Shown here one piece after another: positions 1-10,824 of a DNA stretch of 64,000 nucleotides. Every line of letters starts with the position of its first letter. The stretch's first letter is position 1. Under the pieces are notes generated by a model that had not been told where the DNA came from, made no database searches, and saw only the letters and a program-made list of their open reading frames with translations. The position numbers and the translations under genes are program-made. Location of the stretch: IMG/VR virus record IMGVR_UViG_3300031963_000013, one strand, 5' to 3'. Source of the stretch: a virus.

Positions 1-1
1 G

Positions 2-1111
2 CCAAACAACCAACTCACAAGACAACCCGATTACTGGTTTCAGATTACTGTACCTAACGAATTTCAAAGAGTTGGAAAGCTAATGAATGTCGGATTGACA
101 GCTGGAATAGAAACAACAATATGTCATCCGTCTTGGGTAGACGGGGTTAATAGAATGGACTTAACTCTAGTGTCTTCTGAGCACGCCAAAAACGTTTTTA
201 AAAACTCACAATTCGAAGAGAGAGATCAACAGAACAATCTGAAGAGGAAGATATCCTTGGAAAAACCAGTAGAGGTGCTCTTCGAGGGACTTGACTTGAG
301 TAGGTTTTTCTATATCGATGATAAAGACATACCTAAAACAGAAATAGCAGAATCTTTAAAACAAATTAACGAAGAATTTAATTACCTATTTGTTGGCCAC
401 TGGTTGCACGGAGATAACGGAGAAGACAGAAAGAACATCTCAGGATTGATAAGGTTGTTTTTAGAAACATTCAAGAACAAGAAGAAACGTCCTGGTTTGA
501 TTCTAAAAACCACAAAGGTAGCTAACAGCGTGATGGACAGAGATGAAATCTTGGAAAAAATAGAGAGCATAAGAAACTCTATCAATTCGAACGATTTACC
601 GAACATATATCTACTTCATGGAGATCTTAATGAAGAGGATATGAACATAGTTTACAACCACCCGAAAGTGAAAGCTATGGTGTATTTTGGACACGGCGAA
701 GGTTTTGGTAGACCACTACTAGAGTTTTCGATATCTAAGAAACCCATTATAGCATCGGGCTGGTCGGGCCATCTAGATTTTCTTAACAACGAGTATTGCG
801 TTCTAATACCGGGAGAATTAAAAAACATTCATCCATCTGCGGTAGTAGAAAACATATTGATACCAGAATCCCAGTGGTTTAAAGTGGATGAAAAAGTTGC
901 AAAAAAGTCTATGGAACAAGTCTACGAGAATTATAGCAAAGTAGTTTCTGAAAAATCCAGCAGACAATCCTATTACGTAAAGAGCAATTTTTCTTTTGAA
1001 AAAATGACTGAGAAACTTATGAACTACGTGGATGCTTTTCCAAAACCGGTAGAAGTAAAGCTTCCTACTCTCAAGAAAATTGAATTACCTTCTTTAAAAA
1101 AAATAGGATAA
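2..1111 (+). CDS. Glycosyltransferase (GT-B/GT4-like), 5'-truncated
   Basis: Frame is open from position 2. Contains RKNISGLI and the GT4-like HGEGFGRPLLE...KPIIASGWSGH motif. Confidence 0.85.
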   Translation, partial: PNNQLTRQPDYWFQITVPNEFQRVGKLMNVGLTAGIETTICHPSWVDGVNRMDLTLVSSEHAKNVFKNSQFEERDQQNNLKRKISLEKPVEVLFEGLDLSRFFYIDDKDIPKTEIAESLKQINEEFNYLFVGHWLHGDNGEDRKNISGLIRLFLETFKNKKKRPGLILKTTKVANSVMDRDEILEKIESIRNSINSNDLPNIYLLHGDLNEEDMNIVYNHPKVKAMVYFGHGEGFGRPLLEFSISKKPIIASGWSGHLDFLNNEYCVLIPGELKNIHPSAVVENILIPESQWFKVDEKVAKKSMEQVYENYSKVVSEKSSRQSYYVKSNFSFEKMTEKLMNYVDAFPKPVEVKLPTLKKIELPSLKKIG

Positions 1112-1112
1112 C

Positions 1113-1340
1113 ATGAAAGACAAACACTTTGTAATATGGTTGAAGGGTTTCGTAACAGCTTGTCACAGTCATTTACCAACCCCTGCTCAGTGGGATCAAT
1201 TGGTAGAAAAACTAAACACTGTTAAGAGCGAGGGCGATAAACAAACACAAGATGATTGTTTGGCTCCAACTCTGGCTTCTTACTACTACTCGACAAACAC
1301 CAATCAAATAGCAAAAAGTAAAAAGATATTACATGACTAA
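1113..1340 (+). CDS. Hypothetical phage protein
   Basis: ORF tightly packed in the operon. Confidence 0.65.
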   Translation: MKDKHFVIWLKGFVTACHSHLPTPAQWDQLVEKLNTVKSEGDKQTQDDCLAPTLASYYYSTNTNQIAKSKKILHD

Positions 1341-1785
1341 ACAAAAAACAGATTCATTGATTGATTGCCCGTTATGCAAAGAAAAATTCGCTTGTTATTC
1401 CATAAAGATGAATGAGAATAAAAACACCTACCTTTGCTTGGGGTGTGGCTACCAATCAAACGATCTCATGAAACAGGGAGATTTTGACGAAGAGCAATAC
1501 GAACAAGAAATGCCTGAGTTGTATAAAGACTTAAAGAGATTGGACGAAGAAAACAGGGTTTGGTATCCGTCTGTGGTGAATATTCAAGAAAAGGGCACAG
1601 TATTTGTTAATGGCACTTGTAAAGAAGACGCTAGATGGTCGGCGATAAAGAGCGTTGAATTGACAGAAGAAGAAAAACAAAAACCCATGTTCAAGGATAA
1701 AACTCACAAATCAGACTCATCAACTCTAAAGGACTTTGGATCAGATTATCTGAGCTGTCTAGAATATATTGGGATAGATGTGTAA
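1333..1785 (+). CDS. Hypothetical protein with Zn-ribbon
   Basis: CPLC...CLGCG motifs; overlaps the upstream stop. Confidence 0.7.
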   Translation: MTKQKTDSLIDCPLCKEKFACYSIKMNENKNTYLCLGCGYQSNDLMKQGDFDEEQYEQEMPELYKDLKRLDEENRVWYPSVVNIQEKGTVFVNGTCKEDARWSAIKSVELTEEEKQKPMFKDKTHKSDSSTLKDFGSDYLSCLEYIGIDV

Positions 1786-1794
1786 AATTATAAT

Positions 1795-2415
1795 ATGGCA
1801 ACAATATCTTACGCGATTCCTGTTTGTAACGAACACGAAGAATTAGATAAACTACTGACTCTTTTAATTAAGTGTAAAAGAAAAGAAGACGACATAGTTA
1901 TACAGTGCGATCAAGGAAATACAACAAAACAGGTGTATGAAGTTATATCAAAACACAGTGATCACGTAAAAGTTGTGGAGTTTCCTCTTAAAGGAGATTT
2001 CGCAAGTTTTAAGAACAATCTAAAAAAACATTGTGTAGCAGATTGGATATTTCAAATAGACGCAGACGAACTACTGCACGAAGTATTTCTAGAAAATTTG
2101 CCTGAAATACTGGAAAATAATCCTGAAGTACAACTGTTTTGTCTTCCAAGAATTAACACCGTTGAAGGATTGACTCAAGACCACATAAACAAATGGGGAT
2201 GGAGCGTTAACGAGAAAGGTTGGGTTAATTTCCCAGATGTTCAAACTAGAATAATCCAAAATTCTCCAAAAATACAGTGGGTTGGTAAAGTACACGAAGT
2301 GATATATGGGCACAGTTCACAAGCAGTTTTACCAATTGAAGAGGCGTACTGTATACTACATCACAAACACATTCGTAGACAAGAAATTCAAAATACGTTG
2401 TACTCAATGATATGA
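1795..2415 (+). CDS. Glycosyltransferase family 2
   Basis: ISYAIPVCNE, WIFQIDADE (DxD) and GKVHE motifs. Confidence 0.9.
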   Translation: MATISYAIPVCNEHEELDKLLTLLIKCKRKEDDIVIQCDQGNTTKQVYEVISKHSDHVKVVEFPLKGDFASFKNNLKKHCVADWIFQIDADELLHEVFLENLPEILENNPEVQLFCLPRINTVEGLTQDHINKWGWSVNEKGWVNFPDVQTRIIQNSPKIQWVGKVHEVIYGHSSQAVLPIEEAYCILHHKHIRRQEIQNTLYSMI

Positions 2416-2461
2416 AAAAAGCTTCAATAACTAGAGTATAATAAAATAAAAAAACATAGTT

Positions 2462-2716
2462 ATGGTAAATCAAGAAACATACCAAGATCAAGAGAGAGTT
2501 TATACAGAGATAAGACAAAGATACTGTTTGCACAATTGGGTATTTCACTACAACCCGTTTACAGAATTATGGAACGCGATACACCGTGATAGATATGTTG
2601 ATTATTGGTATAATACAAATTCAAATTACGTACTAAAAAGCACCCAAATATACACACTAGTAGATTTGATTTTAAAGATTGAAAACAATAAATTAAATTT
2701 AGAAGACATAAAATAA
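2462..2716 (+). CDS. Hypothetical protein
   Basis: ORF with AGTTATG start context. Confidence 0.6.
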   Translation: MVNQETYQDQERVYTEIRQRYCLHNWVFHYNPFTELWNAIHRDRYVDYWYNTNSNYVLKSTQIYTLVDLILKIENNKLNLEDIK

Positions 2717-2723
2717 TCGCATA

Positions 2724-4046
2724 ATGGTTACAGAAAAACAGATACTCGAACTTGTGGAAGAGTACATAAAACAAAAACACGGCCAAAAGTCTTGGAAAGC
2801 AGGAGAAGATTGGGTGCAGTACGCAGGTCCGTATTTTGATTCCGAAGAATACGTTGCAGCAGTAAAAACCCTTCTTGGAGAATGGTTGGTTTTGGGAGCG
2901 GAAGCGATAAAATTTGAACGTAAATTCCCAAAGAAGTTTGATAAAAGTTACGGTCTATTGACTAATAGCGGTTCAAGCGCTAATCTTCTTATGATGTTAG
3001 CGATGACTTCTAAAAGATACAAGAACTTTCCGAAAGGCACAAAAGTAATTACGCCTATCGCAGGCTTTCCGACAACAATCAATCCAATACTTCAAGTTGG
3101 ATTTACACCAGTTTTCGTTGATATAGAGTTAGAGACACTTAATTTAGACCTTGATCAGGTGGAGCAAGCTTGCATAAACAATCCTGATGCAAAGATAATA
3201 ACTTTCGCTCACGTGTTAGGTAATCCTCCAAACATGAATAGGCTGATGGAGATTGTTAAGAAGTACAATCTAATACTGCTAGAAGACTGTTGCGATGCTT
3301 TAGGTTCCACTTACGAAGGCAAAGCTTTAGGTTCGTTTGGAGAAATGGCAAGTTGTTCGTTTTATCCTGCACACCATATCACAATGGGAGAGGGAGGTTT
3401 CGTAGCAATGAACGATCCACAGTTGGAGAGAATAGTGAGGAGCTTTAGAGAATGGGGAAGAGGTTGTTACTGCGTTGGAAAACAGAACTTACTTGAAAAG
3501 GGATCATGTGGTTGTAGGTTTAACAACTGGGTACCCAGCATACCAGACGAATTATTCGACCACAAGTACGTTTACGAAGAGATTGGTTATAACCTAAAAC
3601 CTATAGAACTTCAAGCTGCAATAGGGCTGGTGCAAATGAATAAATTGGAAGAGATAGGGCAGAAGAGAAAAGAAAACTATAAAAATCTGTTTAAAGCATT
3701 TGAGAAGTACAAGCAATATTTTCACTTACACGAAGCTCAACAAGGTGCAGACGTAGATTGGTTTGCTTTTCCTGTCACAGTAAAAGACGGAGCTCCATTC
3801 AAAAGATCAGACATTTGTAAGTTCTTTGAGTCAAATAAAGTGCAAACAAGACCGTACTTCGCTGGAAACGTTATGCTGCAACCAGCTTACGAAGGAATTA
3901 TGGATCCAAAAGAGGTCATAGAAAAATACCCTGTAGCAAGAAAAGTTACGACAGACACTTTTTTCTTAGGTACTTCACCAGTAATTAACAAAGAGAAAGT
4001 AGATTACATAGAATCTGTATTAGATAAATTTATAGAACAGTTATGA
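2724..4046 (+). CDS. rfbH: CDP-4-keto-6-deoxyglucose-3-dehydrase-like (RfbH/DdhC, DegT family)
   Basis: NSGSSANLL, EDCCDALGS and SFYPAHHITMGEGG (His in place of the Schiff-base Lys). Cys-rich WGRGCYC...CGCRF region. Confidence 0.9.
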   Translation: MVTEKQILELVEEYIKQKHGQKSWKAGEDWVQYAGPYFDSEEYVAAVKTLLGEWLVLGAEAIKFERKFPKKFDKSYGLLTNSGSSANLLMMLAMTSKRYKNFPKGTKVITPIAGFPTTINPILQVGFTPVFVDIELETLNLDLDQVEQACINNPDAKIITFAHVLGNPPNMNRLMEIVKKYNLILLEDCCDALGSTYEGKALGSFGEMASCSFYPAHHITMGEGGFVAMNDPQLERIVRSFREWGRGCYCVGKQNLLEKGSCGCRFNNWVPSIPDELFDHKYVYEEIGYNLKPIELQAAIGLVQMNKLEEIGQKRKENYKNLFKAFEKYKQYFHLHEAQQGADVDWFAFPVTVKDGAPFKRSDICKFFESNKVQTRPYFAGNVMLQPAYEGIMDPKEVIEKYPVARKVTTDTFFLGTSPVINKEKVDYIESVLDKFIEQL

Positions 4047-5026
4047 AAATTTGTTTTTTGACGGAGATGGGTTTAGAAGGCAAAGTTCCAAGCAATCACA
4101 CAAACATGAGGACAGAATTCGCTTGGATGTTTGCACTTGATGCTGATCACAGACACATAAGAAATTATCATAATGTTGTAGGATACGATCATGTTTTTAT
4201 TATATTCCCAAAAGGCGAAGTGTATCTTAACGCTGTAGGTGGAAAGTTAGTAGATAAGAAAAATCCGGTTAGCGATTTACTACATTCAGACTTCATAGAA
4301 GTATTAAAAAGCAACAACAAAAAGGTTCACTACGTTCAAGAAGGCCCGCACTGGTTATATAACGACTATGAATTAGCGGATCAAATACAGTTTTATAACA
4401 TGCTCTCTGGATGCGATTCTATATTCTCACACAACGAATCAGATGTACAGTACTATAGAGGCTTGCTTCCAACGAAACGAGTGCATGTGATGCCGACTTT
4501 AATGATAGAAAGCGTAATATCAAAAATACAGCAGAAGACAGAGGATAAGACGATAATCGGGGGAAACTTTGCTAGATGGTACGGAGGATTTGAAAGTTAT
4601 ATAGTAGCTCAAGAGTTTGAAGTGCCTATTTGGGGACAAACGTCCCATGCAACCAGAGACGGAGAGAGCCAATTAGTAAATTTACTCCCAAGAGTGATGT
4701 GGACTGACTGGATGATGCAGCTAAGTTCTTTCAAATATGCAGTACATTTGATGCCCACAGCTGCAGCAGGTACGTTTGGGTTAAACTGTGCGTACTTTGG
4801 CATACCGTGCATAGGAAACGAAGACGTAGATACACAGAGGTTGTGCCACCCCGATCTAGCAGTAAACGTCAAAGATATGAAAAAAGCCAGATCTTTGGCA
4901 AATAAGTTGAAGCAAGACGAGGGATTCTATGAACACTGTTCTAATTTAGCTATAACTAACTGCGAAAGATACTATAGTTTAAAACATTTTAACAACACAC
5001 TTAAAAATATATTACATGAACAATAA
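4043..5026 (+). CDS. Putative glycosyltransferase (GT-B-like)
   Basis: C-terminal AGTFGLNCAYFGIPCIG motif and cluster context. Confidence 0.55.
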   Translation: MKICFLTEMGLEGKVPSNHTNMRTEFAWMFALDADHRHIRNYHNVVGYDHVFIIFPKGEVYLNAVGGKLVDKKNPVSDLLHSDFIEVLKSNNKKVHYVQEGPHWLYNDYELADQIQFYNMLSGCDSIFSHNESDVQYYRGLLPTKRVHVMPTLMIESVISKIQQKTEDKTIIGGNFARWYGGFESYIVAQEFEVPIWGQTSHATRDGESQLVNLLPRVMWTDWMMQLSSFKYAVHLMPTAAAGTFGLNCAYFGIPCIGNEDVDTQRLCHPDLAVNVKDMKKARSLANKLKQDEGFYEHCSNLAITNCERYYSLKHFNNTLKNILHEQ

Positions 5027-5747
5027 ACATGTGTTAGTAATTACCGGTTGCGATGAAGCCATGCATTCAGTGCTAGATCTTACTATACCTTCAAAATTAA
5101 GATACACTCAAAAACATGGATACGACTTTAATGTGCTGAGATCTTTTAGATCATTTCCGCACATAGGTGTAGATGCTAAAAACCCTATCGGTTTAGGATT
5201 TGCTCGTACCATACATGTATTTCAAATGTTAGAGCACTACGATGTTGTTATGTGGATAGATGGAGACTCTGTTATCACGAACGATAATTTTACAATAGAT
5301 GATTTTATAAATGATCAACATACGATATATTTTTCTTACGATTGGCCTGTTGCTATGGACGGTAGTACTGGCCACGTTGGATTTAGTGGTGGTAATTTTA
5401 TAATAAAATCCACAGAACACGTTGAAGAATTATATAGTACATTTATAGAATATAGTAAACATTTCTTAAACGATCACGGAGCAGACCAAACGTGTTTAAA
5501 CGTAATACACAATAACACACCACTTAGAAAGCACTACGGATTGTTAGAACACAAATACTTAAACGCAGTGCCTGAGTTTATAACAAGAACTAGCGTGTGG
5601 CAAGCAGATCCAAATAGAACTGGTCCAAATAGGCGTTTTAGTATACCTTCTCCGTGGAATAAAGATTGTTTTCTTGCCCACTTAACCGGATGTAATACGG
5701 CTGACAGAATAGATTTACTACAAAACGAGTTCAAAGATTATTTGTAA
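5016..5747 (+). CDS. Glycosyltransferase, GT34/nucleotide-diphospho-sugar transferase-like
   Basis: SKLRYTQKHGY, VMWIDGD, DQTCLN and FLAHLTG motifs. Confidence 0.75.
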   Translation: MNNKHVLVITGCDEAMHSVLDLTIPSKLRYTQKHGYDFNVLRSFRSFPHIGVDAKNPIGLGFARTIHVFQMLEHYDVVMWIDGDSVITNDNFTIDDFINDQHTIYFSYDWPVAMDGSTGHVGFSGGNFIIKSTEHVEELYSTFIEYSKHFLNDHGADQTCLNVIHNNTPLRKHYGLLEHKYLNAVPEFITRTSVWQADPNRTGPNRRFSIPSPWNKDCFLAHLTGCNTADRIDLLQNEFKDYL

Positions 5748-5748
5748 T

Positions 5749-7398
5749 ATGAAACAAAATAAGTTCAAAATAATAATCGCGTCTTATAACAATGAAGATT
5801 GGGCATATTACAATATAGTTAGTGTGCTCAATCAAACTTATAAAAATTTTAATGTAGTTTATGTTGATGACTGTTCTACAGATAATACCAATTCAATAGT
5901 ATCTGATCTTATAAAAAATGATAATAGATTTAATCTTATAAGAAACAAAACAAATCTTGGAGCCGATGGAGGAGCAATATATAACTATATTAGATTTTAC
6001 GAATCGCTAGAAGACGAAGAGATATGTGTATCTATGTGCGGAGATGATTGGCTGATAGATGAAAATGTATTAGAGAATCTAAATAACTACTACAACAAGT
6101 ACGATGTTTGGATGACATACGGAGAATTCTATGTTTACGATGGGTCAGAGGATGTTTTAAAAGCCAATCCACAAAATACCCCATATCCAGACTTTGTGCA
6201 TCAATATAAGCTATATAGAAAAGACATATGGAGAGCAAGTCATTTATTAACTTTTAGGGGATTTTTAGCAAAAAAGATAGATCTTAATGATATAAAATCA
6301 AGATACAATAACAAGTGGTTTTATCATGCACCTGACTTAGCTGTTGCTTATCCGTGTTTAGAAATGTGTCCAAAAGAAAAGATAGGTGTTGTTGATTTTC
6401 CAACATATGTTTGGAATTCAAGCGAGCAGTGTCAAGTAAGAACTAGGCACAGAGAGTCTGAAGACAACATGAAATATGAAATCGAAATTAGAAACAAAAA
6501 ACACTACAAGGAGGGTTTAACTGGAGAAAAATTACCTCAGATAAACGCTATTGGTGGAAGTAGAGAAAACAACGATATACCAAAAGATTTTACTTATGTG
6601 TATAATATGCGTGATGGAGAATTTGATGCTGTCATAATACCTGATATGGAGATCATTAGATACATTGAAGGGCAAATATGCATAGACAAGAAGTGTCCAG
6701 TGATAGCTGATATACACGAACCTCCTTATTTGTTTGAGCAACAGAGAGTTTACGATACTGTATACAAAAACTATAAGATGTTTGATCGTATACTCACTTA
6801 CGATGAAAGACTACTAACACTACCAAACGCAGTATTCAGAAACGGAGGGTACGAATGTGTATTAAATAAAAGCGTACACACTGAAGAATATCCGACATTA
6901 TCAGACGCCAGTCTATATTCAATATATGATAAAAGTAAAAGCGTATCTATAATAAGTTCGAACAAAACATTTACGGATGGCCACAGATACCGCGTATCTT
7001 GCGTAGAATTAATAAGGCGTAACGATCAGAGTGTGGACATTTATGGAATGGGTTATAACCCAATAAATGGAAAATTGATCGGTTTAAAAGATTATAAGTA
7101 TTCTATCGCTATAGAAAACGGTGTATATAAAAACTATTTTACTGAAAAAATATTGGATTGCTTTTTAACAGGCACTATTCCAATCTATAGGGGATGTACA
7201 AACATTTTAGATTTTTTTAATCAAAAAGGAATAATTACTTTTGATACCCATGAAGAGCTTTTAGAAGTATTAAAAACAATAAGAAATGGTGGTTATGATA
7301 TAGACAAGACAATTATAGAGGAGAACTACGAATTGGCTTTGAAGTATCGATACGACAATGATAAGATATTTAATAAATACATAAAAGATTTAATATGA
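5749..7398 (+). CDS. Fused GT2 and GT10 (fucosyltransferase-like) glycosyltransferase
   Basis: N-terminal IIIASYN...VDDCSTD (GT2). C-terminal YKYSIAIEN...YFTEKILDCFLTGTIPIYRG (GT10 motif). Confidence 0.85.
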   Translation: MKQNKFKIIIASYNNEDWAYYNIVSVLNQTYKNFNVVYVDDCSTDNTNSIVSDLIKNDNRFNLIRNKTNLGADGGAIYNYIRFYESLEDEEICVSMCGDDWLIDENVLENLNNYYNKYDVWMTYGEFYVYDGSEDVLKANPQNTPYPDFVHQYKLYRKDIWRASHLLTFRGFLAKKIDLNDIKSRYNNKWFYHAPDLAVAYPCLEMCPKEKIGVVDFPTYVWNSSEQCQVRTRHRESEDNMKYEIEIRNKKHYKEGLTGEKLPQINAIGGSRENNDIPKDFTYVYNMRDGEFDAVIIPDMEIIRYIEGQICIDKKCPVIADIHEPPYLFEQQRVYDTVYKNYKMFDRILTYDERLLTLPNAVFRNGGYECVLNKSVHTEEYPTLSDASLYSIYDKSKSVSIISSNKTFTDGHRYRVSCVELIRRNDQSVDIYGMGYNPINGKLIGLKDYKYSIAIENGVYKNYFTEKILDCFLTGTIPIYRGCTNILDFFNQKGIITFDTHEELLEVLKTIRNGGYDIDKTIIEENYELALKYRYDNDKIFNKYIKDLI

Positions 7399-8363
7399 AA
7401 AAAATAGTATACGTTACAGGTTGTCTAGGTTTTATAGGATCTTACGTAACAAGGAAATGTTTAGAACTCGGTTGGTATGTTAAAGGAGTTGATAAGATAA
7501 CTTACGCGGCTAATAAAGATTTGCTTACTGAGTTTAAGAAAAATAAGAACTTTTCGTTTGTACACTGCGATATAAACGAATTGACTTTTCTTTACGATTG
7601 CGATTATGTGATAAACACGGCTGCCGAAACACACGTAGGTAATTCTATAATGAGTAGTTTAGAATTTGTAAAATCAAATATAGATGGCGTACACAATTTA
7701 CTTGAGTTAATAAAAAACTATAGAAGCGAAAATGGCAAAAAACCAGCGTTGATACATTTTAGCACAGACGAAGTTTATGGAGATATAGAAAGCGGAGATC
7801 ATTACGAAACAGACACGCTAAAACCTAGTAACCCATACTCAGCTACAAAAGCGGCCGCAGACATGCTCGTTATGGCTTGGGGAAGAACTCACAATATCCC
7901 ATACATGATTGTTAGACCTACAAATAATTACGGAATGGGTCAATATGTTGAGAAACTCATACCAAAAGCAATAAAGTTTTTGAATATAGGTAGGAAAATA
8001 CCTTTACACAATAACGGAGAACCCTATAGAAACTGGTTACACGCAGAAGATACTGCTACTGCAGTAATTACATTAATCGAAAAAGGAAAAATAGGAGAGA
8101 TATACAACGTAGCTGGTGGATTTGAACAACAGAATATAGATACTATAAAAAAGATAATTACAGAGTACGTAGAAATAGCAAACTGGCAAGACTTTTACGA
8201 CATAGAACATTACGTAGATTTCTCTTGCGACAGACCTGGTCAAGACGTACGCTACGCATTGAACGATGATAAACTAAGATCTTTAGGTTGGTCACCAAAA
8301 AAACAGTTTGATGCAGAATTAAAACATATTGTAAATTATTATAAGAACAAATTTGTATGGTAA
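7395..8363 (+). CDS. rfbB: dTDP/NDP-glucose 4,6-dehydratase
   Basis: TGCLGFIG, AAETHV, STDEVYG, PYSATKAA and DRPGQDVRY motifs. Confidence 0.9.
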   Translation: MKKIVYVTGCLGFIGSYVTRKCLELGWYVKGVDKITYAANKDLLTEFKKNKNFSFVHCDINELTFLYDCDYVINTAAETHVGNSIMSSLEFVKSNIDGVHNLLELIKNYRSENGKKPALIHFSTDEVYGDIESGDHYETDTLKPSNPYSATKAAADMLVMAWGRTHNIPYMIVRPTNNYGMGQYVEKLIPKAIKFLNIGRKIPLHNNGEPYRNWLHAEDTATAVITLIEKGKIGEIYNVAGGFEQQNIDTIKKIITEYVEIANWQDFYDIEHYVDFSCDRPGQDVRYALNDDKLRSLGWSPKKQFDAELKHIVNYYKNKFVW

Positions 8364-10123
8364 AAGTTAGTGATTTAGTGGCAGAGTTTCTGGTAGAAAA
8401 GAAAATACAGGTTGCTTTTGGAATAATAGGATCTGCAAATTCACACATATTTGATTCAATATCGGATAAAGGTTACACAAAAGTAGTGTACGTTCACCAT
8501 GAGCAAGCAGCAGTGATGGCAGCGGGGTCTTACTATAGGGCCACTGGAAAAATATCTGCGGCTATAGTTACTGCTGGAGCCGGATCAGCAAACGCGATAA
8601 CCGGAGTCATTAGTAATTGGGCTGATTCTATACCGTGTTTAGTAATATCAGGACAAGAATCCACAAAATATATAAAAGAGCATGCCAACTTAAGGATGAT
8701 TGGAACTCAAGGTTTTGATGTAGTTGAGATGGTTAAACGCGTTACAAAGTATGCTAAGACTGTTATAGATAAGAATGAAATAGTCAAGTGTCTTAACGAA
8801 GCATGTAGTTTTGCGCTTAGTGATAGACACGGTCCTTCATGGATAGATGTTCCTTTTGATATACAAAGTGCATTTGTAAATAAAGAAGAACTTGAAGTGT
8901 TTGAAGAACCCAAATCAGATCTTACAGCTGTAAGCGTTAAAGAATTACTAGATTTGTTAAAAACCTCAAAAAGACCAGTAATATTAGGAGGATACGGCAT
9001 AAAGGCGTCAAATAGTCAAAAAGAATTCGATAGTCTAGTAAGATCATACAAAATACCCGTCTTACTATCTTGGTCAGCTATAGACGTACTATCCCACGAT
9101 CACCCGTATAACTTCGGAACTTCTGGACTTTACGGACAGAGGCGAGCTAACTTCATATTACAGAATTGTGATCTATTGATAGTGCTTGGTAGTAGATTGG
9201 CTTTACCTCAAACGGGATACAACATAGATAACTTTGCACCAAACGCAAAAATTATTATGGTTAACAACGACCGAAATGAATTAGATAAGTACGCAAATAG
9301 ATACGACATAAAGATACCATTCGACGTTAAGCAAATAATCTCATGTCTTTTAGCGATTAAGTATGATAATAACATCTCAGAATGGTATGACAGGTGCGTA
9401 AAGTATAATTTAGATTTTCCAATAATAGAGGAGACCCACAAAATAGATAACGAGAGTTTTGATAATTCGTACGTGTTGATTAACAAACTCTCTGATTTGA
9501 TGTGTAAAAACGACATCCTTGTCATCGGTCAGGGAACTCCTTTACCGTGTGCACACCAAGCTTTCAAAATAAAAGAAGATCAGATAGCTTTTGCATCCAA
9601 CGGTTTGGGAGAAATGGGACACGGATTACCATCAGCAGTAGGTGCAGCTTTAAGCGGAAAAAAAGCCGTGTTACTAGATGGAGATGGAAGCATGATGATG
9701 AATTTACAAGAGCTACAAACAGTGGTAGGGTATAATCTTCCTATAAAAATAATAGTGTTTAACAATGAGGGATACTTATTCATCAAGCACACTCAAAAAA
9801 TGCTTTTTAATGGGAGATACACAGGCGTTGATTTAAACACTGGGGTCACTTTACCGAAGTTCGAGAAGATAGCAAATGCGTTTGGTATACCGTACTTTGA
9901 CTCTAAATCATCTTCTTTAGAGGATTTCATAAACCACGATGGATATGCCATATACGAGTGCCACATGAATCCAGAGCAAGATTTGATACCAAAAGTAAAA
10001 GGCGTTCCCGTAGCAGACGCTATATTGGCACCTCCGTTAGAAGAGATGTCACCCCTATTAACAATACAAGAGATAGAGAATAATATGATAAACATTAATG
10101 CACTTTCTTATAAATTAAGATGA
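8357..10123 (+). CDS. Thiamine-pyrophosphate-dependent enzyme (acetolactate synthase/YerE-like)
   Basis: HHEQAAVMAA and the GDGS...NN TPP-binding motif; located in a sugar cluster. Confidence 0.85.
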   Translation: MVKVSDLVAEFLVEKKIQVAFGIIGSANSHIFDSISDKGYTKVVYVHHEQAAVMAAGSYYRATGKISAAIVTAGAGSANAITGVISNWADSIPCLVISGQESTKYIKEHANLRMIGTQGFDVVEMVKRVTKYAKTVIDKNEIVKCLNEACSFALSDRHGPSWIDVPFDIQSAFVNKEELEVFEEPKSDLTAVSVKELLDLLKTSKRPVILGGYGIKASNSQKEFDSLVRSYKIPVLLSWSAIDVLSHDHPYNFGTSGLYGQRRANFILQNCDLLIVLGSRLALPQTGYNIDNFAPNAKIIMVNNDRNELDKYANRYDIKIPFDVKQIISCLLAIKYDNNISEWYDRCVKYNLDFPIIEETHKIDNESFDNSYVLINKLSDLMCKNDILVIGQGTPLPCAHQAFKIKEDQIAFASNGLGEMGHGLPSAVGAALSGKKAVLLDGDGSMMMNLQELQTVVGYNLPIKIIVFNNEGYLFIKHTQKMLFNGRYTGVDLNTGVTLPKFEKIANAFGIPYFDSKSSSLEDFINHDGYAIYECHMNPEQDLIPKVKGVPVADAILAPPLEEMSPLLTIQEIENNMININALSYKLR

Positions 10124-10824
10124 TAGACTTAACACTACAAACAATACCATCGCCATTAGTATCTGAATTGCTTACACACTCTAATTTAGACGGAGTTCTT
10201 TTGGATACTGAGCATGGACACTTTAACAACGAGACTCTTTACTCGTGTATACAGGTAATTACTTTAAGCCATAAAAAGTGTTTTGTACGATTTACAGATC
10301 TAAATAAACAATTGGTGAGAATGTGTTTGGATGCTGGCGTTGATGGAGTCGTATTTTCTACTGTTAATGACTACGTGTACGCGAAAGAAATAATAGAATA
10401 CTGCAAATACCCTAATCAAGGAGGAAACAGAGGAATAGGACTTGTGAGAGAAAATGGATGGGGCAAACACAAGTTGGGTAACAATAAACCAACAATAATA
10501 ATTCAAGTAGAAACAGCAAAAGCGATTGGTAATATACATGAACTATTAAAGTTATCTTCAGAAGTAGATTATTATTTAGTTGGACCATACGATATATCTT
10601 CAAGTCTCCTAAAACCAGGAGAATTTGAAGATGAAAACTTTGTGAATAAAATGGACTTGATTTATAAATGTATTCCGATAAGCAAATTAGGTTTATTTTT
10701 ACCAACCAAACAAGACATAGAAAGATTTAGAAAGCAAAAAAAAGATAGACCGAATTTATTAATTTGGGGAATGGACACGGACTTTATTTTACAATCCTTA
10801 AAAGATATACAAAATGGTAATTGA
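10120..10824 (+). CDS. HpcH/HpaI aldolase family protein
   Basis: LDTEHG, LDAGVDG, YPNQGGNRG, QVET and VGPYDIS motifs. Confidence 0.85.
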   Translation: MIDLTLQTIPSPLVSELLTHSNLDGVLLDTEHGHFNNETLYSCIQVITLSHKKCFVRFTDLNKQLVRMCLDAGVDGVVFSTVNDYVYAKEIIEYCKYPNQGGNRGIGLVRENGWGKHKLGNNKPTIIIQVETAKAIGNIHELLKLSSEVDYYLVGPYDISSSLLKPGEFEDENFVNKMDLIYKCIPISKLGLFLPTKQDIERFRKQKKDRPNLLIWGMDTDFILQSLKDIQNGN

